DNA from: an uncultured Candidatus Saccharibacteria bacterium | Lineage (GTDB): Bacteria > Patescibacteriota > Saccharimonadia > Saccharimonadales > JAGQNJ01 | DNA length: 64,000 nucleotides | Direction: 5' to 3' | NCBI GenBank assembly: GCA_964426845.1 | Contig: CAYRSA010000003.1 | Location: forward strand, 6,751 to 70,750 | Shown: in pieces, positions 44,381 to 53,384 of the stretch | Position numbering within the stretch: position 1 is the first letter of the stretch | How the letters are laid out: each line of letters starts with the position of its first letter | Program-made: the position numbers and the translations under genes | The notes under the pieces: generated by a model | What the model saw: the letters and a program-made list of their open reading frames with translations, nothing else | Told to the model about the DNA's origin: nothing | Databases searched by the model: none

Positions 44381-45967
44381 ATGGATCAAGTTGCCAAGCA
44401 AAGTACCATAGACCGCCTAGCCCAGGCTAACAATGTTCTGGTTACAGTTAGTGCCAGTCCTTCTGTTGACCAGCTGGCGGCTGCTATCGCCCTAACGCTG
44501 TTCTTAAACAAGCAGGGCAAGCACGCCACAGCTGTCTTTAGTGGCGATGTGCCATCGACCATTGAATTCTTGCAACCTGACAAAACCCTAGAGAAGAATA
44601 CTGATTCACTGCGAGATTTTATTATTTCGCTGGATAAAGCTAAAGCCGACAAGTTGCGCTACAAAGTCGAAGACAATGTCGTGCGCATTTTTATAACACC
44701 TTACCGTACGTCAATAACAGAGAAAGACTTCAATTTCTCACAAGGTGACTTCAATGTCGACGTGGTCATGGCTCTGGGAGTTCACTCCAAAGAAGAGTTA
44801 GACCAAGCCATTGTGGCCCACGGCCGGATTCTGCACGACGCCACCGTTATCTCTATCAATAATGCGGTTGGCGGCAATCTAGGAACGATCAACTGGCACG
44901 ACCAACAGGCTAGTTCACTGTGCGAAATGCTAGTAGAGCTGGCCGAAGTCATCAAGGCCGACAGTTTCGATGCTCAAATGTCCACAGCTTTCTTGACTGG
45001 TATAGTGGCCGAGACACAACGCTTTAGTAACGCTAAAACCACTTCTAGAACAATGACTATCAGCGCCAAATTGATGGCCGCTGGCGCTAACCAACAGTTA
45101 GTTGCCACTCAGTTGCAATCAAAATCTTCGATTTCTTCCAAAAAAGTTGTTACAGAAGAGGCCAATGCCGACGGAACCCTGGAGATTAGTCACGAGCCTG
45201 AGAAACCAAAAGAAGATTTACTACCGCCAGAGCCCCCGAAGACGGCTAGACCAGAAGTACCTCCAGAATTTCGTCAATCACGGCTAGAGCCCCTGACACC
45301 ACCCCAGCCCAGAAACCCAATCGCAAATGTTCGTAGTGAAGAGCACACCACCAGCCCAAGTGATCTACTGACATCAACACCTTCAGCCCGAGGTCCGGCT
45401 GTAAACCCAGCATTTCCAGCCCAGGCTCCCGCACATGGCGGCACTCTAACTGCTAATACTCATCCCGAAGATCTATCACCAGCTGTGGATCCCTTTGGAT
45501 TAACCATGGAGCAGCCTTTGATGCAACGGGGTCCCCTGGGAAGCGGGGCAGATAATGACTTGGGCGACAAGACTATATCCAATATTGAAGATGCTGTAGT
45601 TGACCAAGACAAAACCCTGGCCGATATAGAAAAAACTATCGATAGCCCACACGTCATGCCAGAATTACCTAATCCGGTAGATCCGGCTGCCAGCCTTGGC
45701 CCAGCTCGAAATGCCGTCGCCGCTGCCGAGTCTCAATCTGATCAACGTCTCCAGCCAACAGCATCGGTTGGGGCTTCAACGCCGTTCACGGTTAATAATA
45801 ACCCGCCAATAGCGGCTCCAGCGCCCCAATCGCCGATACCGGCTGATGCTGGCTTACCACCCGAGCAAACAGGGGTCAGCGCCCCGGCTACTGCACCACC
45901 ACCGGTACCACCGCCAATGACCGCCGCCTTTCCACCGCAAAACCCACCCGTCAGCAACCCTCACTAA
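44381..45967 (+). CDS. DHH/NrnA-like domain protein with degenerate catalytic motifs and long Pro-rich disordered C-terminus
   Basis: The N-terminal ~240 aa are collinear with the NrnA-type DHH domain. The DxD motif reads SVDQ, DHH reads INNA, and GIxxDTGxF reads GIVAETQRF. The C-terminal ~270 aa are P/A/S/Q-rich. Confidence 0.4.
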   Translation: MDQVAKQSTIDRLAQANNVLVTVSASPSVDQLAAAIALTLFLNKQGKHATAVFSGDVPSTIEFLQPDKTLEKNTDSLRDFIISLDKAKADKLRYKVEDNVVRIFITPYRTSITEKDFNFSQGDFNVDVVMALGVHSKEELDQAIVAHGRILHDATVISINNAVGGNLGTINWHDQQASSLCEMLVELAEVIKADSFDAQMSTAFLTGIVAETQRFSNAKTTSRTMTISAKLMAAGANQQLVATQLQSKSSISSKKVVTEEANADGTLEISHEPEKPKEDLLPPEPPKTARPEVPPEFRQSRLEPLTPPQPRNPIANVRSEEHTTSPSDLLTSTPSARGPAVNPAFPAQAPAHGGTLTANTHPEDLSPAVDPFGLTMEQPLMQRGPLGSGADNDLGDKTISNIEDAVVDQDKTLADIEKTIDSPHVMPELPNPVDPAASLGPARNAVAAAESQSDQRLQPTASVGASTPFTVNNNPPIAAPAPQSPIPADAGLPPEQTGVSAPATAPPPVPPPMTAAFPPQNPPVSNPH

Positions 45968-46014
45968 GCCAGACCTTGCAGCCAGCTAGTCTTTTGACAT
46001 ACGCTAATAAGCGT

Positions 46015-46692
46015 ATGAATGGAATATTGTTGATTGATAAGCCCAAAGGCTGGACCAGTTTTGATGTGGTGGCTAAGGTAAGAGGGGTAGTTAAGGCTAA
46101 AACTGGTCTCAAACGGCCCAAAGTTGGCCATGCCGGCACTCTAGACCCCCTGGCTACCGGTTTGCTGATTATTTTGGTTGGTGACTACTGCAAGCGAGCC
46201 TCCGAGTACTCCAAACTAGATAAAACTTATGAGGTGGAGCTGAGGCTGGGCCAAACCAGCACTACCGATGACGCCGAAGGCGAAATCACTAACGTTAGTA
46301 GTCAAAAACCCTCGGAAGAGGAGGTGGGAAGGGCCATTAACAGCTTTCTGGGCGAAATCAGCCAAACCCCACCGATCTTCAGTGCTATAAAGGTTGATGG
46401 TCAACGCGCTTATAAACTAGCCCGGGCTGGCAAAGAGCCCGAAATGAAAGCCCGACCAGTTACCATCTACAACATCACTGATATTAGATATGATTACCCC
46501 AAAATCATTTTCTTAACAGAGGTAAGTAGCGGCACGTACATACGCTCCTTAGTGCGCGATATAGGGGAAAAGCTTGGCACCGGTGCCTATATGACTGGAC
46601 TGCGGCGCACCAAAATAGCTAATTTTGCTGTCGAGGACGCCATAGAGCCGCGACAGATTATAGTTGAAAACATTGACAAATCACTAACTTAA
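46015..46692 (+). CDS. truB: tRNA pseudouridine(55) synthase
   Basis: GILLIDKPKGWTSFDVV and the GHAGTLDPLATG catalytic Asp motif. The start was moved to the ATG at 46015. Confidence 0.9.
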   Translation: MNGILLIDKPKGWTSFDVVAKVRGVVKAKTGLKRPKVGHAGTLDPLATGLLIILVGDYCKRASEYSKLDKTYEVELRLGQTSTTDDAEGEITNVSSQKPSEEEVGRAINSFLGEISQTPPIFSAIKVDGQRAYKLARAGKEPEMKARPVTIYNITDIRYDYPKIIFLTEVSSGTYIRSLVRDIGEKLGTGAYMTGLRRTKIANFAVEDAIEPRQIIVENIDKSLT

Positions 46693-46709
46693 CTGATATA
46701 ATATAGATA

Positions 46710-47438
46710 ATGTCTAATTCTCGAGAACAATTTGAATTCGGTCACGGAAGTTTCGTTGGCCAAATAATGAGTGAGCCAGAATTTTTCGATTTGTCGCACC
46801 AAGAACAGGCTAGGATAGCCGGTTGGGTAGATGGTTGCCCAGTGGTAGAGGAGCTAATTGACCCAGCTAATACCGCTCCAGGTCGCGGGCCGGAAAACAT
46901 GCTCCAACGATATTCAGGCGTAAACTTTTGGTTTGGTTACATTGCTCGGGAAGTAGAAGACCACAACCCAGTGCTCGGTGACCAACTGATGGCTCCATTA
47001 GTTCGACACACGCTTGAACCCGTGGGAAAACATGAGCCCGAATCAGTACCAGACAGCTACGAAACTGAGATGTACCCCATGAATACTCTAGCCGGTTACG
47101 CCCTGCCACGAATTTTCCTTGAACAGCTTGGTGACGGCGAGCCAGCAGAGGTGGCCGATCGAATGGTGCGCGGACTACAGGCATTAGAAGAGGCTATTCC
47201 GGAAGCCGAATCGCCCCTAGAGCTACTAGCCCTCGTGGGCGAGGGCTTGGTTAAAACTGGTGATGTAACGCCCGAACAGGTGCTGAAACACTCGCTTAGC
47301 CAGGGTTGGCTAGGGGAGCACAATGCCACACGAACAATAGTAGAGTTTCAGGATATTCTTACTGAACTGGCGCCAACACTCTGGGGTGCCTACCAGGGTC
47401 TGGGTGACGAAGAGAAACAAGCTTTAAGACTTGTCTAG
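46710..47438 (+). CDS. hypothetical acidic protein
   Basis: 242-aa ORF with TGaTATAAT (46694-46702) 7 nt upstream of the ATG. No recognised domain. Confidence 0.55.
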   Translation: MSNSREQFEFGHGSFVGQIMSEPEFFDLSHQEQARIAGWVDGCPVVEELIDPANTAPGRGPENMLQRYSGVNFWFGYIAREVEDHNPVLGDQLMAPLVRHTLEPVGKHEPESVPDSYETEMYPMNTLAGYALPRIFLEQLGDGEPAEVADRMVRGLQALEEAIPEAESPLELLALVGEGLVKTGDVTPEQVLKHSLSQGWLGEHNATRTIVEFQDILTELAPTLWGAYQGLGDEEKQALRLV

Positions 47439-47556
47439 TTCGCATACCAAATTGATACACTGAACAAAAGCGATATCGGCGAGCTGCTAGTGTGAATACA
47501 AAATGTGACCACAAAGGCTTGCTAAAAGAGGTCAGAACTGGTAGAATGGAAGCTGA

Positions 47557-47823
47557 ATGATCGTAAAAGACAAGAAACAAGCCATCATAACTGACTTGCA
47601 AAAGGGCAAAAACGACGTGGGCAGCAGCGCTGTTCAGGTCGGTATTTTGACAGCCCGAATTGCCGAAATTACCGAACATTTAAAGACCAACAAGCACGAT
47701 TTCATGGCTCGCCGTGGACTTTTGCAGATGGTTGGCAAGCGAAAACGACACCTGGCGTACATCGCCCGGCACGATAGTAAAGAATACCTAGCTTTGATTA
47801 AAAAGCTTGGCCTTCGACGCTAA
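47557..47823 (+). CDS. rpsO: 30S ribosomal protein S15
   Basis: ...GSSAVQVGILTARIAEITEHLKTNKHDFMARRGLLQMVGKRKRHLAYI... TGgTAGAAT (47539-47547) lies upstream. Confidence 0.93.
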   Translation: MIVKDKKQAIITDLQKGKNDVGSSAVQVGILTARIAEITEHLKTNKHDFMARRGLLQMVGKRKRHLAYIARHDSKEYLALIKKLGLRR

Positions 47824-47860
47824 TTTGCATAGACTCCTCAGGCCTCAGCGGAGACCTCAA

Positions 47861-47926
47861 GCTTGTGCACATTAACAGCAACCTTCGTTGCATAGCCTCA
47901 GATATATAGCGCCTATAAGCACAAGT
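47861..47926 (+). promoter_or_regulatory. nested hairpin structure in the rpsO-pnp intergenic leader
   Basis: An outer stem CTTGTGC (47862-47868) / GCACAAG (47919-47925) encloses two hairpins: GCAAC-cttc-GTTGC (47878-47891) and TATAG-cgc-CTATA (47905-47917). Confidence 0.45.
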
Positions 47927-47978
47927 GGCCGTATATTTGCACTATGCACCGAACCTTGCGAAAGCGAAAGGAACCTTG

Positions 47979-50102
47979 ATGGGAACAATTAATCCATTTG
48001 GCAAAGACATTATTAAAGTAGAGACCGAGTTTTGCGGTAAAACGCTGAGCTTAGAGGTCGGACGGGTTGGTTTTCGAGCCACCGCCTCAGTGCTGGCCCG
48101 CTACGGCGACACCGTAATCCTGGGAACCGCCATGGTCAGCCCTAAAAGTGCTCAGGGCTTCGATTATTTCCCGCTAAGCATCGATTATGAAGAGAAAATG
48201 TACGCTTCGGGCAAGATCAGTGGCTCGCGGTTTATTAAAAGGGAAGGCCGGCCATCTGATGATGCCATCCTAATCGGCCGGCTAATCGATCGTCCTCTGA
48301 GGCCGCTGTGGCCTAAGGGCTATCGCAACGAAGTCCAGGGCGTAGCCACCGTGCTATCCATGGACCCAGATTTCCGCCCAGATGCTATCGCTATGATCGC
48401 TCTTAGCGCCGCCTTTATGCTGACTGGCGCACCGTTTGACGGCCCAGTAGCCGGCGTGCGCATCGGCATGGTAGACGGCAAGCCTAAGGCTTTCGCTACT
48501 CCAGAAGAACTGAAAGAGGGCAAACTTGACCTAGTAGTAGCCGGCCGCGAATCCGGCATTATGATGGTGGAAGCTGGCGCCAACGAAGTTACCGAAGAAG
48601 AGGTGGCCGAGGCTTTGGAATACGGCTACAAAGCTATCCAGCCCGCCATCAAACTCCAGCAAGAACTAGTCAAGAAAATTGGTGTCGAAGCCCAGGAATA
48701 TGAATTAATATTGCCAGATGCTGACATCCAAGAGCGCGTTGACAGCTGGGTAGCCGGCAAACTGGGCTCCGGGCTACGCATGCCATACCCCGAGCGCAAC
48801 GACCTAGTCAACAAGCTGAAACTGGCCATGCACGAGCACTTCACCGAAGAACTCGGCGAGGGTTTTGACGAACTAAAGAATGAATATGACGATGCCTTCC
48901 AGATGGCTTTGCATAAAGATGTCCGTCAGGGAATTGTCGAAGAGAGTATTCGTCCTGATGGCCGCAAACTGACCGAAATCAGGCCTTTGTCTAGTGAAAT
49001 CGGCATCTTGCCGCGGACTCACGGCTCAAGTCTGTTCACCCGCGGCGTTACTCAGGCCTTAAACATCGTAACCTTAGCACCACTCAGCTACGCCCAGATG
49101 GTAGACACCATGGAAGGCGAAGGTGAGCGACGCTATTTGCATCACTACAACGCACCAGGCTGGACTGTCGGCGAAGTTAAGCGCCTGATGGGTCCTGGAC
49201 GCCGAGAAATTGGCCACGGCTATCTAGCCGAACGAGCTCTAACCGCTGTTCTGCCAACCGAAGCTGAGTTTCCGTACACTATGCGCTCGGTAACCGAAAT
49301 AATGAGCCAGAACGGCTCTACATCGATGGCAGCCACTTGTTCTAGCTGTTTAGCCCTAATGGACGCTGGTGTGCCCCTAAAACGGCCCGTTAGCGGTATA
49401 GCTATGGGTCTTATGGTAGACGGCGACAAAACCTATATCTTAAGCGACATTGCCGATGCCGAAGACTTCGCCGGTGACATGGACTTTAAGGTAGCCGGAA
49501 CTTCCAAGGGGATTACGGCCTTGCAAATGGACATGAAGGTTCACGGTTTGCCAGTTAAGACGCTGAAAGAGGCCTTGGCTCAAGGAAAAGAGGGGCGAGC
49601 TCACATCTTGAAACATATGATTGAAACCATTGCTGAACCTCGATCAGAAATGAGTCCATTCGCACCACGCATCGACACCATCACCATTAACCCCGACAAA
49701 ATCCGAGAGGTAATCGGTAAGGGCGGCGAGACTATCAACAAGATCATTGCTGAAACTGGCGCCGAAATCGACATTAAAGACGACGGCACCGTCATGATTG
49801 CCAGTTCTGACCAGGATTCCCGCGACCGAGCTGTTCAGTGGGTTAAGGACTTAACAGCCGAGCCGGAAGTTGGTAAGATTTATCGCCAAGCTCGGGTAGT
49901 TAGCGTCCTAGACTTCGGAGCTTTCGTAGAAATCATGCCCGGTAAAGACGGCTTAGTTCATGTTTCCGAGCTATCTGACGAACGAGTCGAAAAACCTAGT
50001 GATGTTATTAAGGTTGACGACCTAGTTGATGTTAAATTGCAGTCCATTGACGATAAGGGGCGACTCAGTCTCAGTATGAAAGCTGTAAAAAAGGAAAAAT
50101 AA
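47979..50102 (+). CDS. pnp: polyribonucleotide nucleotidyltransferase (PNPase)
   Basis: Two RNase PH domains, a KH domain (KIREVIGKGGETINKI) and an S1 domain (GAFVEIMPGKDGLVHVSEL). The start is the ATG at 47979, after a GAAAGGA SD. Confidence 0.95.
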   Translation: MGTINPFGKDIIKVETEFCGKTLSLEVGRVGFRATASVLARYGDTVILGTAMVSPKSAQGFDYFPLSIDYEEKMYASGKISGSRFIKREGRPSDDAILIGRLIDRPLRPLWPKGYRNEVQGVATVLSMDPDFRPDAIAMIALSAAFMLTGAPFDGPVAGVRIGMVDGKPKAFATPEELKEGKLDLVVAGRESGIMMVEAGANEVTEEEVAEALEYGYKAIQPAIKLQQELVKKIGVEAQEYELILPDADIQERVDSWVAGKLGSGLRMPYPERNDLVNKLKLAMHEHFTEELGEGFDELKNEYDDAFQMALHKDVRQGIVEESIRPDGRKLTEIRPLSSEIGILPRTHGSSLFTRGVTQALNIVTLAPLSYAQMVDTMEGEGERRYLHHYNAPGWTVGEVKRLMGPGRREIGHGYLAERALTAVLPTEAEFPYTMRSVTEIMSQNGSTSMAATCSSCLALMDAGVPLKRPVSGIAMGLMVDGDKTYILSDIADAEDFAGDMDFKVAGTSKGITALQMDMKVHGLPVKTLKEALAQGKEGRAHILKHMIETIAEPRSEMSPFAPRIDTITINPDKIREVIGKGGETINKIIAETGAEIDIKDDGTVMIASSDQDSRDRAVQWVKDLTAEPEVGKIYRQARVVSVLDFGAFVEIMPGKDGLVHVSELSDERVEKPSDVIKVDDLVDVKLQSIDDKGRLSLSMKAVKKEK

Positions 50103-50103
50103 C

Positions 50104-50322
50104 ATGGCCGCCAGTAAAAAAACTTCCCAAAAAAAGCTGCACCCAGCTCAAACCCCTGGTGGTTACGTAATTACTGGCCTGATCATGTGGCTGGTCGGCT
50201 ATCTACTAGCCATGCTAGCCATCGACAGCGGCAGCTTACTGCAGTGGTTAGGCGTTCTAGTGGCCCTGGTGTGGGGATTTATCCGCATCGTCGAAGGTCT
50301 CTACCAATTTGTTAAGAAATAA
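50104..50322 (+). CDS. small two-TM membrane protein
   Basis: 72 aa, positioned 1 nt after the pnp stop. No recognised family. Confidence 0.5.
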   Translation: MAASKKTSQKKLHPAQTPGGYVITGLIMWLVGYLLAMLAIDSGSLLQWLGVLVALVWGFIRIVEGLYQFVKK

Positions 50323-50327
50323 CTAAT

Positions 50328-50906
50328 ATGACAGACAAGCAAAAACAACTAGACGACATCGCTAAGGCAATTATTGACGATAAAGTCTGCCCGGAACTAG
50401 CTGAAGGGGCTACCCAGCTGGTCTTCGCCGACGGCAACCCAGATGCTGACATCGTCTTTATCGGTGAAGCGCCGGGCAAAAACGAGGATCTGCAGGGCCT
50501 ACCATTCGTTGGGGCCACCGGTAAGTTTTTAAACGAAATGCTAGAGATGATTAACCTTAAACGAGCCGACATTTACATCACCAATATCGTTAAGTACCGA
50601 CCACCCAACAACCGCGATCCTTTGCCGGAAGAGAAACAAGCTTTCTTGCCATACCTGGTGCGCCAACTCGAAGTTATCAAGCCGAAATTGGTGATAACTT
50701 TGGGCCGGCACAGCATGGAATACTTTCTGCCGAATTTAAAGATTAGCGCCGTTCATGGCGAACCCAAGCGCATAGCTATCGGAACCCGCAAGCAGGTTAT
50801 CCTGCCGCTGTTCCACCCGGCCGCTGCGCTATATAACGGAGGTCTGCGTCAAACTCTGATTGACGACTTTGCTCAGATCCCCATGATTTTAGAAAAGATT
50901 AAATAA
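50328..50906 (+). CDS. uracil-DNA glycosylase, family 4
   Basis: FIGEAPGKNEDLQGLPFVGATGKFL and a C-terminal HPAAALY motif. Confidence 0.85.
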   Translation: MTDKQKQLDDIAKAIIDDKVCPELAEGATQLVFADGNPDADIVFIGEAPGKNEDLQGLPFVGATGKFLNEMLEMINLKRADIYITNIVKYRPPNNRDPLPEEKQAFLPYLVRQLEVIKPKLVITLGRHSMEYFLPNLKISAVHGEPKRIAIGTRKQVILPLFHPAAALYNGGLRQTLIDDFAQIPMILEKIK

Positions 50907-50931
50907 TAAAACTATAAGGAGAAATCCAATA

Positions 50932-53055
50932 ATGGATACAAACAATAAACCTAACAATACAAGACCACCGAGACGGAACAACAACCGCCCGGGTGGTAAT
51001 TCTCAAGCTGGTAAACCAGCACGAAATTCGCAAAAAAGGCCGGCGAACAAAAATAATAGTGGCCTGAGTACCTCACGCGGCGCAGCTATAAGGGCTCAAA
51101 AACGCAGCCTAGATGATGCCCGCAAGATGGTTGATCTACACAGCGCTGCTCAACCGTCTGACCCCAAGGCTCGTCGAGCCAATGTCATCACTGATGACTT
51201 CGATAAGCTCAAAATTACCTTCCTGGGTGGCCAGGATGCCGTCGGTGCTAAGAACATGCAGGTGGTAGAGTGGCAGAACGATTACATCATCCTGGACTGC
51301 GGTAACAGTTTAGGCATAGATTTACCCGGCATTAACTACAGCGTTGCCGATACTTCATACCTAGAAACTATCAAGCACAAGAAGTTGCAGGGCTATGTGA
51401 TCAGCCATGGACACCTCGATCACTTGGGCGGCCTGAAGCACATTGTGCCCAGCTACCCAGCACCGATTTATGGCTCGAGATTTACTATTGGCGTCATCGA
51501 AAAATCCTTTGACGATATGCCCCAAGGCAGTGAAGTCTACACCCCAAACATGGTAATCATGAATATGGACAATCACGAACGTCTTAAATTAGGACCATTC
51601 ATGGTTGAGCTAGTCCGAGTTACCCACTCGGTGCCGGAGTCAGCCTTGATCATCGTTGATACACCAGTCGGCAGGATCATTAACACCGGTGATTGGCGTC
51701 TAGACCCTGAACCGCTGGATGAGAAACCAACCGATCTTAAGCGGCTAAAAGAGCTCGGCGACGAAGGCGTGCTGTTACTTATGAGCGACAGCATGAGTAC
51801 CGCCGTAGAGGGTCGAACGCCGACCGAATCGACGCTCCAAAAGAGCTTCCATGATGTTATCGGTAATGCTGACGGCCGCATTTTTGTAGCTATGTTCTCT
51901 AGTAACATGAACCGAACACAAATGGTGATCAATGCGGCTGTGGCGGCTGGTCGCAAGGTGGCTCTGGATGGCCGCAGCATGATGGCTTACGCCGAAATCG
52001 CTGTTCGTCAAGGACTACTGAAAGTACCCAAAGGCACATTCCTAGCCATGCGCGATATTGCTAAGATTGAAGACGACAAGATCCTAGTTATGTGTACCGG
52101 TGGCCAAGGTGAGCCCAATGCCGCCCTGCAGCGCATGGCCGAAGGCACCCATACCCACATTAAGTTGCACGCCGGTGATACGGTAGTGGTCAGCTCGACC
52201 CCTATTCCAGGTAACGAAGTTCGCTACGAAAACATTGGTAACGACCTGTCTGCAAAGGGCGTGCATCTCTTCCGTGCCCCCACCCACGAACTTGACGGTT
52301 GCGGACCTCTGCATGTTTCCGGGCACGCTCACCGTGAAGAATATCGTGAGATGTTGCACCTGGCTCGACCGAAGTATTTCTTACCGATTTATGCAGGCCA
52401 CCTGAACCGCAAGCGCTACATTGATATAGCTATCGAAGAGGGCTGGAAGCGCGAAAACCTAATCATGGCCGAGAACGGTGATAGCTTTTTGTTCACCAAA
52501 GACTCCTACGAGAAGGGCCCCGAAGCTCCAGTTGGCAGCATCCTGGTTGACCAAACTGGAGCTGTCGTCAGCGGCGTGGTCGTCAAAGATCGAGTCATCC
52601 TGTCTGAAGAAGGCCTAGTGGCGGTCATTCTGACTGTCGACAAGAAGTCCGGCCAGTTGCTGAGTAGTCCAGACATCATTACCCGGGGCTTCATCTATAT
52701 ACGTGATTCAGAGGAGCTAATGAACGGCCTGCGTCTAGAATTACGCCGTGCAGTGACTCAGCGCTTCAAGCGTATCGACCTAGACCGCTTTAAAGCCGAG
52801 TTAAAGGACCATGTCACCCATTACTTGTTTGACCAGACCCAGCGTTCACCAATCGTCATACCCGTGGTGAATGTAGTTGGCGGCGGCAAGCCAGCAGGGG
52901 ACAAGCCAGCCCGAGGTGGCGCTCGCAACGGCGACCGTCCACCAGCCAACCCAGCCGAACCGGCTAAAACCCCTGAAGATATGGCCGAGGAGCAGAAGCA
53001 ACGCTTCGAAGAAATGCGAGCCCGCTTACTCAACCAAGACCCCCGTACCGACTAA
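50932..53055 (+). CDS. rnj: ribonuclease J with basic low-complexity N-terminal and C-terminal extensions
   Basis: Metallo-beta-lactamase HGHLDHLGG, beta-CASP and RNase J C-terminal domains. A ~90-aa N/R/K/P-rich extension precedes ...LKITFLGG. An AAGGAG SD lies upstream. Confidence 0.9.
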   Translation: MDTNNKPNNTRPPRRNNNRPGGNSQAGKPARNSQKRPANKNNSGLSTSRGAAIRAQKRSLDDARKMVDLHSAAQPSDPKARRANVITDDFDKLKITFLGGQDAVGAKNMQVVEWQNDYIILDCGNSLGIDLPGINYSVADTSYLETIKHKKLQGYVISHGHLDHLGGLKHIVPSYPAPIYGSRFTIGVIEKSFDDMPQGSEVYTPNMVIMNMDNHERLKLGPFMVELVRVTHSVPESALIIVDTPVGRIINTGDWRLDPEPLDEKPTDLKRLKELGDEGVLLLMSDSMSTAVEGRTPTESTLQKSFHDVIGNADGRIFVAMFSSNMNRTQMVINAAVAAGRKVALDGRSMMAYAEIAVRQGLLKVPKGTFLAMRDIAKIEDDKILVMCTGGQGEPNAALQRMAEGTHTHIKLHAGDTVVVSSTPIPGNEVRYENIGNDLSAKGVHLFRAPTHELDGCGPLHVSGHAHREEYREMLHLARPKYFLPIYAGHLNRKRYIDIAIEEGWKRENLIMAENGDSFLFTKDSYEKGPEAPVGSILVDQTGAVVSGVVVKDRVILSEEGLVAVILTVDKKSGQLLSSPDIITRGFIYIRDSEELMNGLRLELRRAVTQRFKRIDLDRFKAELKDHVTHYLFDQTQRSPIVIPVVNVVGGGKPAGDKPARGGARNGDRPPANPAEPAKTPEDMAEEQKQRFEEMRARLLNQDPRTD

Positions 53056-53066
53056 GCACTAACGGA

Positions 53067-53095
53067 TTGACAGGTGTTGTAGATTTTGCTATAAT
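53067..53095 (+). promoter_or_regulatory. consensus sigma-70 promoter TTGACA-17-TATAAT
   Basis: TTGACA at 53067-53072, a 17-nt spacer and TATAAT at 53090-53095. The ATG at 53103 follows after 7 nt. Confidence 0.65.
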
Positions 53096-53102
53096 ATTGC
53101 TT

Positions 53103-53363
53103 ATGGTTGAAGAAACTCCACGGCATCCAGATGACATTGAGAAGCTTCTAAGAGAAGCCGAGCAACCCCAACGACAGGCTAGGCTTGACGAGGCTGCAAC
53201 TGAAGTGAAAGTCCTCAGAGAGGCAGATAGCGAAGAAACAGACTTGATGGCCGACAAGTTGATAGCTGAATCGACACCGCCCGTCCGCCAATTAAAGAAA
53301 GAAGTTGAGGCAATGGAGTCCGAAAGTCCTGTCCGGATGCCTGGCTTTAATGACCGACGTTAA
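53103..53363 (+). CDS. small charged hypothetical protein
   Basis: 86 aa (MVEETPRHPDDIEKLLREAE...). The start was chosen 7 nt after the consensus -10. Confidence 0.5.
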   Translation: MVEETPRHPDDIEKLLREAEQPQRQARLDEAATEVKVLREADSEETDLMADKLIAESTPPVRQLKKEVEAMESESPVRMPGFNDRR

Positions 53364-53384
53364 ACTGTTATAATCAAACAAGTT

